Shown here one piece after another: positions 39,996 through 49,318 of a stretch of 64,000 nt of DNA. The position numbers and the translations under genes were made by a program. Origin of the DNA: a bacterium (GTDB lineage: Bacteria; DRYD01); contig JBCNVB010000013.1 in the NCBI GenBank assembly GCA_039630415.1, positions 174,492 through 238,491 of the forward strand. Reading direction: 5' to 3'. Numbering within the stretch: the first letter of the stretch is position 1; each line of letters begins with the position of its first letter. The notes beneath the pieces are model-generated. The model saw only the letters and a program-made list of their open reading frames with translations. It had not been told where the DNA came from and did no database searches.

Positions 39996-40005
39996 CTAAA
40001 AAAAT

Positions 40006-40392
40006 ATGAGTATAAACGAATTTGATGGAACACTGGCATACTTTGTAATATCTAGAATGGCTGGTGGAGAAATTTTAGAAAGCTACTCAAAAAACCCAAA
40101 CTTTCTTCAACCACTTTTGGAATACTCTCTCAGTTATATAGAAAGCTTTCAATCAATAAAATCTGATATATCTTCATGGAATCAAAACATATCTCAATAT
40201 AACCATTCACTGATATTTGAAAATCTAAAACAAATAACCTTATCCTATAATAACATAAAAGTTTTTTTTACAGAAATAAAGGAAGATGACATCTTTGTTG
40301 TGAATTTTTTTGATTGCTCTTACCCAGAAGGAATTATCAAAATATTCTTGAGCGAATATCTGAGCTACGTAAAACAAACCTATAGCTTCTAA
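40006..40392 (+). CDS. Roadblock/LC7 (MglB-like) domain protein, putative
   Basis: 128 aa; G.LAYFVI....G.IL, helix, three beta strands and a C-terminal G.IK helix, the pattern typical of the roadblock fold. Confidence 0.55.
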   Translation: MSINEFDGTLAYFVISRMAGGEILESYSKNPNFLQPLLEYSLSYIESFQSIKSDISSWNQNISQYNHSLIFENLKQITLSYNNIKVFFTEIKEDDIFVVNFFDCSYPEGIIKIFLSEYLSYVKQTYSF

Positions 40393-40403
40393 TAGATAAT
40401 AAG

Positions 40404-40910
40404 ATGGATATAAAAGTTATAAATGAATTATTGACAAAAGCAACACAGGGTAAATTGAAAATATACGATAAAAATGATTTTAATAATGAACTAAGCAAAG
40501 TTAAAGAAAATTGCAGATTACAAAAAATATTTGAGATACTGTATAATGTTGATGTGTACCAATCTAGGCAGGAATTGGAAAAAATAATAAAGCAAAACTT
40601 TCCAGACTTGCAAAACCCAGGCTTATTCAATATCCTTCTAGTATTTAGTGAATTTGCAACCAATATGGTTAAACATGGAGGGGGAGGAAAAGCTGAAATA
40701 TTCATCCTACCTAATCAAATATTTATGCACTTTTCGGATAAAGGAAAAGGAATCGATATTGATAAAATCCCATATATAGCCTTATCAAATTACTCTACTA
40801 TCCAAGATTCACTAGGATTTGGATTTACTATATGTATACAATTAAGTGATTCAATAATAATGAATACAGGTCCTCAAGGAACAAATATTCTGGTAAATAT
40901 AAAGCTATGA
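40404..40910 (+). CDS. RsbT/anti-sigma-factor-like GHKL kinase
   Basis: N box SEFATNMVKHG, G1 DKGKGI, G2 YST..SLGFG. Confidence 0.8.
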   Translation: MDIKVINELLTKATQGKLKIYDKNDFNNELSKVKENCRLQKIFEILYNVDVYQSRQELEKIIKQNFPDLQNPGLFNILLVFSEFATNMVKHGGGGKAEIFILPNQIFMHFSDKGKGIDIDKIPYIALSNYSTIQDSLGFGFTICIQLSDSIIMNTGPQGTNILVNIKL

Positions 40911-41623
40911 TATATTCTACATATCCAAAAACGGAAAAAATAGATTTAACCAAATTACCATCTCATATAGCTTTTATAATGGATGGAAATAGAAGGTGGT
41001 CCAAATCTAAAAAATTACCTTTTTCTGTAGGACATAGAAAAGGTTTTGAAGTTTTTAAAAAAATTATACTTTTCTGTAATCAGTTAGGAATAAGAGAACT
41101 ATCCTTCTTTGCTTTTTCTAAAGAAAATTGGAACAGATCAAGGGAGGAAGTAGATATACTTTTCAAACTTATGCTGTTTTACGCAAAAAGAGAAATATAT
41201 AGAATTATTGAAGAAGGAATAAGGGTAAGAATAATAGGAGACAGGGAGAATCTACCTTCAGAACTATTAGAAGTTTTTCAAAAAATAGAAGATGAAAGTA
41301 AAAGTTTTGATAAGATGATTGTAAACGTAATGATAAATTATTCCGGACAATATGATGTAATTCAAGCTGTGAAGAAAATAATTAGCAGTGGATATACAGC
41401 AGAAAAAGTTGATTATAATCTTCTGTATTCCCATCTTTTAATAAGTTCTCCAGATTTATTGATAAGAACGGGAGGGGAGTATAGAATAAGTAACTTTATA
41501 CTTTTTCAATTAGCTTATACTGAATTATATTTTTGTCCCAAAATGTGGCCGGAATTTGAAATAGAAGACCTAATAGATGCAATAGTAGAATACCAAAGAA
41601 GAGAAAGAAGATGGGGAAAATAG
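40907..41623 (+). CDS. uppS: Undecaprenyl diphosphate synthase
   Basis: HIAFIMDGNRRW, AFSKENWNR, PDLLIRTGGE.RISNF and RRWG. Confidence 0.96.
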   Translation: MIYSTYPKTEKIDLTKLPSHIAFIMDGNRRWSKSKKLPFSVGHRKGFEVFKKIILFCNQLGIRELSFFAFSKENWNRSREEVDILFKLMLFYAKREIYRIIEEGIRVRIIGDRENLPSELLEVFQKIEDESKSFDKMIVNVMINYSGQYDVIQAVKKIISSGYTAEKVDYNLLYSHLLISSPDLLIRTGGEYRISNFILFQLAYTELYFCPKMWPEFEIEDLIDAIVEYQRRERRWGK

Positions 41624-42807
41624 CTTTAATCCATCTATCTGACTGCTTTTACCCCAGAATAAATGGTGTAACAATAGCTATAGAAACATTAATAGATACT
41701 CTACATGATCAGGTGTTCGATACTTATATTATAGCTCCTAATTATCAAAAAAGTATTTCAATCGAGGTGGAAGATTATAAAGGTTCAAAAGTTATAAGAA
41801 TACCTTCGATTATTTTTCCTTTTAGTAAAGAGGACCGGTTTATGAAAATCAACTTAGCTAAAACAATATATAGTATGCTTTCAAATTATGACTGCTTTAT
41901 TTTATTTTTTCATAATATAATGAATAGCTTCTTAATAGGTCAAAAAATAGCTGAATATGTAAAGAAAGACAGTAAAAGAGTAATAAAGATTCTGTACTAT
42001 CATACATTCTGGGAGTACTATCTACACTACCTACCACTACCGAAGGTAATTACTAAGCAAGTACTTAACCTAATAGAAAAGTTTTTTTTAAACGCAGTAG
42101 ATTACATAATGGTTGCAAATTCATATGTTAAGCAAAAAATTGAAAATAAGGTTGATTCTAAAAATAAAATAATAATAAATCCTCTTCCTTTGAACAAAAT
42201 TTTTTATGGTGCATCTCAGAATAAATTTTGCAAACTAAAAAATGATAATGATTTTCTCCTTTATGTTGGCAGAATAGGTAAAGAGAAGAATATATACTTT
42301 CTTATAGATGTTTTCAGGGAATTTTTAAAATTAAAACCTGACTGCTACCTTTACATAGTTGGTGATGGACCAGAAAAACAAAAATTGATCAAATACTGTT
42401 CAGATATAGCAGATAAAATCCTATTTTTAGGTTATAAATCCCAAGATGAAATAATACAAATGTATAGAGATGCTAAAGGTATAATTTTCGTATCCAAAAC
42501 AGAGACATTAGGTTTGGTTGTTGTAGAAGCTATGGCTTGCGGAGGAATAGTTTTTGCTCTCGATACACCTCCATTTAACAAGATAATTAAAAACATGGAA
42601 AATGGAGTTCTAATTTCCTACGAAGAACCCAAAAATTTTGCCTATGCTTTAGCAAACATATTATCTAATAACCAACTAGCTGAAAAAATAAGGAGAAATG
42701 CTTCTAGTATTACCAATCACTACAACCCGGAAAATTTTAGAAAAATTTTTATTGAATTAACTAACGTGCTTTATCCAAGTTCTATCATAGGTGGTCTATA
42801 TGGTTAG
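41611..42807 (+). CDS. Glycosyltransferase family 4 (diacylglycerol glycosyltransferase-like)
   Basis: YPRINGV, YHT.WEYYLHY, VGRIGKEKN, VGDGP and SKTETLGLVVVEAMA. Confidence 0.85.
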   Translation: MGKIALIHLSDCFYPRINGVTIAIETLIDTLHDQVFDTYIIAPNYQKSISIEVEDYKGSKVIRIPSIIFPFSKEDRFMKINLAKTIYSMLSNYDCFILFFHNIMNSFLIGQKIAEYVKKDSKRVIKILYYHTFWEYYLHYLPLPKVITKQVLNLIEKFFLNAVDYIMVANSYVKQKIENKVDSKNKIIINPLPLNKIFYGASQNKFCKLKNDNDFLLYVGRIGKEKNIYFLIDVFREFLKLKPDCYLYIVGDGPEKQKLIKYCSDIADKILFLGYKSQDEIIQMYRDAKGIIFVSKTETLGLVVVEAMACGGIVFALDTPPFNKIIKNMENGVLISYEEPKNFAYALANILSNNQLAEKIRRNASSITNHYNPENFRKIFIELTNVLYPSSIIGGLYG

Positions 42808-43873
42808 AATTAGCATAGACCTCATGGGAGGAGATAATGCGCCTATATCCGTTCTAGAAGGAGTGTTTTATTCCCTAATGGAAAATAATGACTTAGAAAT
42901 AATAGCAACACATCATAAATCGGTAGATATAGACCAGATAATAAAACAAATAGTCTGTTTAATTCCTAAGAGGAGCAAAATTAAGAGTTTTATTAAAAGC
43001 AATTCCTGGAAAAATAGACTGACCTTCATTTCTTGTGATAGCTATGTTAGTATGAAGGATTCTCCAAGTAAACTTATCAAAGAAAAGGATAATACCTTAA
43101 GGAAAGCTTTTGAATTAGTAAAGGAATCACAGGCAGATGGAATAGTATATGCTGGTAATACTGGAGCCTTTTTGGAAGGATCTGTGCTAGTAATAGGCAG
43201 GATGGAAAATGTTAAAAGACCAGCTCTATTAACAGCTTTACCTTTTTCTACTCCACCAGTTTTTCTACTTGACAGCGGAGCTAATCCTGAATGCAAAGCA
43301 GAATACTTCCTTCAATTTGCTATAATGTCTTCAAGTTACTACAAGATTATTCTATCTAAAAAACCCACAATAGCTATCCTAAACATAGGAAATGAAGAAA
43401 TCAAAGGAAATAGTCTGGTAAAGGAAGCTAACGCTATACTTAAAAAGTACTCTCTATCGAATAACTCACCCTTTAATTACGTAGGATTTGTTGAACCTTA
43501 TGATGTGGTCAATTCAAAAGTAAACATAGTACTGGCTGATGGATTTAGTGGTAACATAATGCTAAAATCTTTCGAGGGATTATCTGAATACATTATGGAA
43601 TTGGTAAAAAAAGAGTTTTCCAGAGGTATAATAAATAAAGCTCTTGGTCTAATGTTAAGATCTAGCTTTAGAAGATTGAGAAATTTCCTTGACTACTCCG
43701 AATATGGTGGAGCTATTATGCTTGGACTAAAGGGAATTTGTGTAAAAACTCATGGAAGAGCAAATTACAAGGCTATTAAAAACTCCATACTTTTCTCCTA
43801 CAAGCTAATAAAAAATAATGTAATCAACAAAATAGAAAGTGAATTAGAGCAGCTAAAAGTATGGACTACCTAA
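42800..43873 (+). CDS. plsX: Phosphate acyltransferase PlsX
   Basis: IDLMGGDNAP, AGNTGA, RPAL, LDSGAN, NIGNEEIKG, DGFSGN and KTHG. Confidence 0.95.
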   Translation: MVRISIDLMGGDNAPISVLEGVFYSLMENNDLEIIATHHKSVDIDQIIKQIVCLIPKRSKIKSFIKSNSWKNRLTFISCDSYVSMKDSPSKLIKEKDNTLRKAFELVKESQADGIVYAGNTGAFLEGSVLVIGRMENVKRPALLTALPFSTPPVFLLDSGANPECKAEYFLQFAIMSSSYYKIILSKKPTIAILNIGNEEIKGNSLVKEANAILKKYSLSNNSPFNYVGFVEPYDVVNSKVNIVLADGFSGNIMLKSFEGLSEYIMELVKKEFSRGIINKALGLMLRSSFRRLRNFLDYSEYGGAIMLGLKGICVKTHGRANYKAIKNSILFSYKLIKNNVINKIESELEQLKVWTT

Positions 43874-44613
43874 AGTATAATCTTAAGCAGGGATACAAGA
43901 AAATATACAAATTTTACGAACTTAATAACCATATAATGACATTAGGACTTGATATATACTGGCGAAAAAAAGCTTCAAAAATAATAAAACAAATACTAAT
44001 AAATGAAAATAGAGATGATAAGTTTATATGCTTTGACCTTTGTGTTGGAACGGGTGAGTTTCTAGAACAAATTTTTTATGATACATCTAAAATCTATTCA
44101 AATTCAATTTACTTAGGAGTTGATTTCAGTTTCGAAATGCTATCCATATGTAAACAGAAAAAAGTATATAAAAACCCAAATGTATTTTTGATTATAGCTG
44201 ATGTTGGTTTTCTACCTTTCAAGAATAACAAAGCTAAATTAGTAACTATATCCTTGGGTATTAGAAATTTGAAAAATCCTAATGATTTAGCTATAGATGG
44301 TATGTTTTATCACAGGTTTAAGGAGATATACAGAGTTATTTGTGAAGGTGGATATTTTTGCGGCTTAGAAACTAGTAGACCACCTAACAAGTTTATCAGA
44401 ACCATATCTGATTTTTTCACATTACACTTTTCAACTAATCTTGCTAAGATAATATCCGGAGACTTTAAAACTTACACTTATCTCGCAAAAAGTATAGTTG
44501 ATTTCCTTGATGCCCAAGAATTTAAAAATTTCCTTCTATCTATTAACTTTAAGAAAGTTGATTATTACCTATTCACTTTTGGAGTTGTTAGCTTACATAT
44601 AGCTCAAAAATGA
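43861..44613 (+). CDS. ubiE: UbiE/MenG-family quinone methyltransferase
   Basis: YE..NHIMTLGLD..WR, DLCVGTG, LPF, GIRN and Y.YL..SI..F. Confidence 0.85.
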   Translation: MDYLKYNLKQGYKKIYKFYELNNHIMTLGLDIYWRKKASKIIKQILINENRDDKFICFDLCVGTGEFLEQIFYDTSKIYSNSIYLGVDFSFEMLSICKQKKVYKNPNVFLIIADVGFLPFKNNKAKLVTISLGIRNLKNPNDLAIDGMFYHRFKEIYRVICEGGYFCGLETSRPPNKFIRTISDFFTLHFSTNLAKIISGDFKTYTYLAKSIVDFLDAQEFKNFLLSINFKKVDYYLFTFGVVSLHIAQK

Positions 44614-45047
44614 AAGAAGTAAAATATAATCCTGAAGCAGATATCGTATACATTATCGATCTATCAGATCTTATAAACCAAAAAGTAGATAGTTTATCTG
44701 ATTGTTTTAATATTATCATCCAACCTTTCCAAATAAACTCTCTATATAATACGCAACCATTCATCCTTAATTGCTACTATACGATAAAAAAAATTGCTGA
44801 TAGTTTTTTGATGAATTTGAAAATCGATTGTAGTATACCTACTATTTGTGATATATGTGGAGTAACGTTTAATTTTCCATTTCGCTTTCAGGTTCAGGAA
44901 ATATTTACTTCATACTTTGAATATACTAATAAATTTGATGATATGTATTATTTTATTTCAAACGATGATAAGATAGATGTTGGTAAAATATGTATCGAGA
45001 ATTTCATTTCAAACCTACCTATAACATACAGATGTTCTAATTGCTAG
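44610..45047 (+). CDS. DUF177/YceD family protein
   Basis: CDIC...E.F, D.ID....E....LP...C..C pattern. Confidence 0.75.
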   Translation: MKEVKYNPEADIVYIIDLSDLINQKVDSLSDCFNIIIQPFQINSLYNTQPFILNCYYTIKKIADSFLMNLKIDCSIPTICDICGVTFNFPFRFQVQEIFTSYFEYTNKFDDMYYFISNDDKIDVGKICIENFISNLPITYRCSNC

Positions 45048-45852
45048 TTTTTTTGTGTTTGATAGAATAGTAAATTTTATAGTAAACTATACCTACAAAT
45101 TCTGATAGAGCTATGTTTGTTGTTTCAAGGTTTTTTATTGATGGTAAGAAATCATATTTTGATATTTTATATTGGTATCTGTAGTTGCAGGGCACAAAAA
45201 TTATATTGTTTTGAACAAAATTCTTATCGAAAGTGTTTTTAATAGATATTTTAGTCCTTGTAATATGAAAAGCTGAAGTAACTATGGCTATCTTATCATT
45301 TGAATTTACGAAATTTTTTAGGTTTTTTACGTTTTGGTAAGTATCTAATGATTCATTTTCGGTAAATATGTTTACATCTTTTAGGTATTTGGGTTGTATG
45401 CTTGTGACAAGAAGTTTCATATACTTGGCTATGTTTGTATTGTATTGTATACTTTTACCTAGGATTAGAATCTCTGGTTCTTTATTAGAGTATTTTTTTA
45501 TAGCTTGATATATAAGTAAAGCTGTCAAGAGTCTTGATAAACTATCTTCAGATAGTTCTCCATTTGCTTTAATTCCTCCCGTCAAAACTACTATCTTATT
45601 TATCTCTTTAAACATAGGTATTACATCTTTGGGATTTGTAATGAGGGAATAGTAGAGATAGTAATTATTCAAATATGGTTTTTCCAAGTTATATATTGCT
45701 AAATTTGCTCCTATAGTGGTAGAAAAAAAATAGAATATTGCTAAGATTATGGCAATTAGTAACTTTTGTTTTCGAGGTAATAATATCAAAGTAACAAGTA
45801 AGAGTATAAAGATGATATTTAGGAAAGAGGAAAGTAGTTTTTTTAGAAACAT
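45037..45852 (-). CDS. YdcF/ElyC (DUF218) family membrane protein
   Basis: N-terminal TMs, VLTGG, E..S.DT.QN, VTSAFH..R and E..G. Confidence 0.85.
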   Translation of the reverse strand: MFLKKLLSSFLNIIFILLLVTLILLPRKQKLLIAIILAIFYFFSTTIGANLAIYNLEKPYLNNYYLYYSLITNPKDVIPMFKEINKIVVLTGGIKANGELSEDSLSRLLTALLIYQAIKKYSNKEPEILILGKSIQYNTNIAKYMKLLVTSIQPKYLKDVNIFTENESLDTYQNVKNLKNFVNSNDKIAIVTSAFHITRTKISIKNTFDKNFVQNNIIFVPCNYRYQYKISKYDFLPSIKNLETTNIALSEFVGIVYYKIYYSIKHKKTSN

Positions 45853-45858
45853 GAGGGT

Positions 45859-46302
45859 TTATTTTTGCTGGTTATAGTGTTTTATTAATTCAAGAACTTC
45901 TAGTGGATTATTCTGAGCCGATGCTTTTCTCCATATTTTGACTATTTTACCGTTGGGATCTATCAATACAGTGTCTCTTGAAAAAAAGATTTTACCTTGA
46001 ACACCGAATAATTTTGCTATTTGTCCAGCCTTATCACTTACTAGCTTTATTTTAAGATTACAATTTTGAATGAATTTTTCGTGAGATTTATTACTATCTT
46101 TACTTATTCCAATTACTTCTGCTTTTTGGTTTTCAAATTCTTGTTTCAATTTTGAGAATGTTTGTGCTTGGACTGTACAGCCAGGTGTATTATCCTTAGG
46201 ATAAAAGTATAAGACAATCCACTTACCCTTACCAACTTCTATTACTTCTCCATCTGAACTTTCTAGTTTTAAATCTTGGACTATATCACCCTCTTTGTAC
46301 AT
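45859..46302 (-). CDS. bcp: Peroxiredoxin, BCP/PrxQ type
   Basis: LYFYPKDNTPGCT, GISKD and R.T.LID. Confidence 0.92.
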   Translation of the reverse strand: MYKEGDIVQDLKLESSDGEVIEVGKGKWIVLYFYPKDNTPGCTVQAQTFSKLKQEFENQKAEVIGISKDSNKSHEKFIQNCNLKIKLVSDKAGQIAKLFGVQGKIFFSRDTVLIDPNGKIVKIWRKASAQNNPLEVLELIKHYNQQK

Positions 46303-46313
46303 GTCTGACCCTT

Positions 46314-46898
46314 CTAAATCTCTATTATGTATTTTTTTTGTTGATTGATATTCTTATTTTCATAAATTGCCACTAGTTCTATTCTACCTCTTTGATCTTT
46401 AGGAATTATTATCGAAACAGAATTGCTTGAAGTATAGTATATGGATACATTTTTTGTTATAGATTTTATTTCTACAAATGGTGAGAAATTGAAATACCAC
46501 GTAACATATAAAACATCATATCTATCAAAATCATATTTTCTTACGTTCATTATGCTAGGGAAGCAGTAAACATAGTTTGAGGGGGGGGATTCTGAAAAAC
46601 TCACAATTTTGTTATTTTTGAGTTCAAAATATAGATGTTTATTAAAAGGTTTAGAGTTTGTAAGTGCATCATAAACTTCCTGTGTTACGTAAAATCTTTG
46701 AAGGGAAGATAAGAGGATAAAAGGAGGGGAGTAAGAGGTAGATTTTCCTATATGTTTTATACTGCCTTCCGCTGTTGAGATTGTCTCGGCTCTGACATAA
46801 AAAAATGATAGGAAAATTGCAATAAATAAAATCATTAAAGCATTTTTTAAAATCAATTTAAGTTTGGTCAATCTAGATTTAATTTGTGAGATATTCAT
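46314..46898 (-). CDS. Hypothetical exported protein
   Basis: 194-aa ORF with an N-terminal hydrophobic segment ending VRA-E. Confidence 0.55.
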   Translation of the reverse strand: MNISQIKSRLTKLKLILKNALMILFIAIFLSFFYVRAETISTAEGSIKHIGKSTSYSPPFILLSSLQRFYVTQEVYDALTNSKPFNKHLYFELKNNKIVSFSESPPSNYVYCFPSIMNVRKYDFDRYDVLYVTWYFNFSPFVEIKSITKNVSIYYTSSNSVSIIIPKDQRGRIELVAIYENKNINQQKKYIIEI

Positions 46899-46908
46899 TT
46901 TGAATTTA

Positions 46909-47376
46909 TTATGTCCCAGCTTCTTCAGTTTCTATTTCTTCAGGATTTTCAAATTGTTCTATTATTTCCATTACCGTTAGTGTAAGATATAGTATCTCTT
47001 CTATCATAGATATTAGATTTTGCTTTTGGGTTTTTAAATTCTGCGAAAACATTTCTATTAGTTTATACGAGTAAGGATTGTTATATCTTGTTAGGTCCAG
47101 TAGATTATTTATCATGTTTTGTGTACTTTGAGTGAATTCTAGTACTCGAGTGTCAAGATCTATAAGATCTTCTTCAAGAGAATCATAGTAAATTTGTTTG
47201 TTACTAAACTTAGATTCGAGAAGAATATATAGACCTTGTTTCACTTTAGGATAGGCTTGTAGAAATTTTTCTAGTAGATTTTGTAGATTTTGTACATTAT
47301 GTATGATATCTTCCGAGGATAGGGCAGACTCTATATTTTTGCATATTTCTAGAAAATTTTGTAAAATTTTTATCAT
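46909..47376 (-). CDS. Hypothetical helical protein
   Basis: 155-aa ORF immediately downstream of tRNA-Ile. Confidence 0.55.
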   Translation of the reverse strand: MIKILQNFLEICKNIESALSSEDIIHNVQNLQNLLEKFLQAYPKVKQGLYILLESKFSNKQIYYDSLEEDLIDLDTRVLEFTQSTQNMINNLLDLTRYNNPYSYKLIEMFSQNLKTQKQNLISMIEEILYLTLTVMEIIEQFENPEEIETEEAGT

Positions 47377-47386
47377 ATAGTAGTAA

Positions 47387-47460
47387 TGGGCCTCTCTGGA
47401 CTCGAACCAGAGACCTTACCCTTATCAGGGGTACGCTCTAACCACCTGAGCTAGAGGCCC
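47387..47460 (-). tRNA. tRNA-Ile (GAT), CCA not encoded
   Basis: Minus strand GGGCCTCTAGCTCAGGTGGTTAGAGCGTACCCCTGATAAGGGTAAGGTCTCTGGTTCGAGTCCAGAGAGGCCCA folds as a cloverleaf. Confidence 0.97.
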
Positions 47461-47530
47461 AACCTATTTTAGAATTTTGATACCTAATACCCTTTCCCTC
47501 CTTATTCCCTTCTTAAAGATACTAATACTA

Positions 47531-49312
47531 CTAAAATCTTATTTTACCAAAAAATAGACCTGATAATAATTCTACATTTTTCATGAATTCTATCAACTTT
47601 TCAAGTACTGCCGTTTGATTATCCATATTCTCAATCATTTCTCTAATATCTATTAGACAGTTTTTCAGAACTACTGTATTCCTAGAATATTGCTCTAGCT
47701 CGGATATTTTACTTATGCTAGTATATAGTTTATCCAGTTCGTTGATACTTTGATTAACTTGAGACAAAGCTTTTTCTTGATCATTATTGATTAAATAATT
47801 CTCTATGATTGATAGGACATAGTTTTGGATTATTGGCGGAATTTTTTGAAGGCTTATTAAAAAAAGCTTCTCTATTGATAGTGGAAAAACTAGATTACAT
47901 TTTCTACATTTCTCACTTAAAAATTCATTCCCTTCTCTACATCTAGGACAGTAAATTTTGCTTGTCAGTAAACTTAAAACTTCTATTGAAAAGCTTCTGT
48001 ACATCAATAATGACTCAACAAAACATAAATACATACTTTCTATATTATCCTCGTAAATACAATAGCTAATGCATTCCTCTGCAAGATTATCCAAAACTGA
48101 AGGTAATTCGATTAATTTTTCTTTGAAATTTGTATTTATTATTGCTCCTATCTTTATAATGTTTTTCACATTTTGCAATATATTAATGAACACCGATAAA
48201 GGAAGATGAAAACTAGCATATAGAACAAAACTATTTATAAATTCTTTTATTTGTGAATTGTTGATATCCTGTTGGTTTGTATTTAAGCTACTTAATACAG
48301 CAGTAATAGATTGTAGTTCCTGTTCATCAAGATTTTCAAATATTTGTAGATAATCACCTTCTAAATTTCTATTTGCTATTATAAACTTTAGTGCTGTTAG
48401 ACGATTATCTTCCATGTTTTGTATACTATTTACAAACTCGGAATTTAAAAAAGAGGAAAGCAAAAGATCATTTAAGATATTAGCTAATAGCATTTTTGTA
48501 TCATCATCGTATTTGCTAAAATTACGCAGTAACTCATCAAATTTAATTTTCTTTAACTTTTCTTTCTCAGCTACAAAAAGACCATTTGAAGCTTGATTAA
48601 TTTGAATAAATATCTTATTTGCTAAATCGGGTTCCTCAGATAGATTTATTGAACCATTGATAAGTTCAAAACTTGCTCCTAAAGCATACTTTATTGCTTC
48701 TACAAAATCAATTTGCTCTTGTATTATTGTTTTTACTTCCTCTTGAGTTTCAAACAACACTTTCTCTAAATTTAGCTTCTTTTCAGTTTGTTGGATTAAA
48801 TTATAAACCCCAAAAAGGTACCTAATTAGTAAATCTACGGGGAAAGATTCAAGGTTAGTTATATTTTCTACATAGCTCCAGAAAATTTTGAGAAATCTGT
48901 CAACTATAGGGTAAGGAGAAATCAAGCTCTGTTCTTTTAGGATTCCAGCTACCTGATTGTTAACGTCAAGGATAGTTATTATCCCCTGTAGTAATTCTTC
49001 AACAAAATCACTGTTTACTGCCTTTAGGTCAGTATTTTCTAGTTTTTCAAGAACATTTTTCAATTGAGATTCCAAATTATAAATGGTTTGCTGTATTTTT
49101 GTAACAAAATCAGGTTCTATATTGACTGTTGCTCTTAGTAGCTTAAATTCATCTATAACCTGACTTTTTAGATCTGTTAGAAAAGATTGTAAATTATTTT
49201 TTTTAACACTAAACTCTTGATCACTTATATAGCTTATTCTGTCAGGGTAATATATTACTATCTCACATAAATTTAGGAATTTAGTTATGGATGGCGGAAA
49301 AAGTACTATCAT
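47531..49312 (-). CDS. Hypothetical helical protein with a zinc ribbon
   Basis: 593 aa; CPRC-x10-CRKC. Confidence 0.7.
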   Translation of the reverse strand: MIVLFPPSITKFLNLCEIVIYYPDRISYISDQEFSVKKNNLQSFLTDLKSQVIDEFKLLRATVNIEPDFVTKIQQTIYNLESQLKNVLEKLENTDLKAVNSDFVEELLQGIITILDVNNQVAGILKEQSLISPYPIVDRFLKIFWSYVENITNLESFPVDLLIRYLFGVYNLIQQTEKKLNLEKVLFETQEEVKTIIQEQIDFVEAIKYALGASFELINGSINLSEEPDLANKIFIQINQASNGLFVAEKEKLKKIKFDELLRNFSKYDDDTKMLLANILNDLLLSSFLNSEFVNSIQNMEDNRLTALKFIIANRNLEGDYLQIFENLDEQELQSITAVLSSLNTNQQDINNSQIKEFINSFVLYASFHLPLSVFINILQNVKNIIKIGAIINTNFKEKLIELPSVLDNLAEECISYCIYEDNIESMYLCFVESLLMYRSFSIEVLSLLTSKIYCPRCREGNEFLSEKCRKCNLVFPLSIEKLFLISLQKIPPIIQNYVLSIIENYLINNDQEKALSQVNQSINELDKLYTSISKISELEQYSRNTVVLKNCLIDIREMIENMDNQTAVLEKLIEFMKNVELLSGLFFGKIRF

Positions 49313-49318
49313 TTGTAA

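Noticed and set aside
18458-47460. tRNA genes as integration sites of an island
   Set aside because: No integrase, no duplicated tRNA 3' end noticed, and the flanking genes are core-like.
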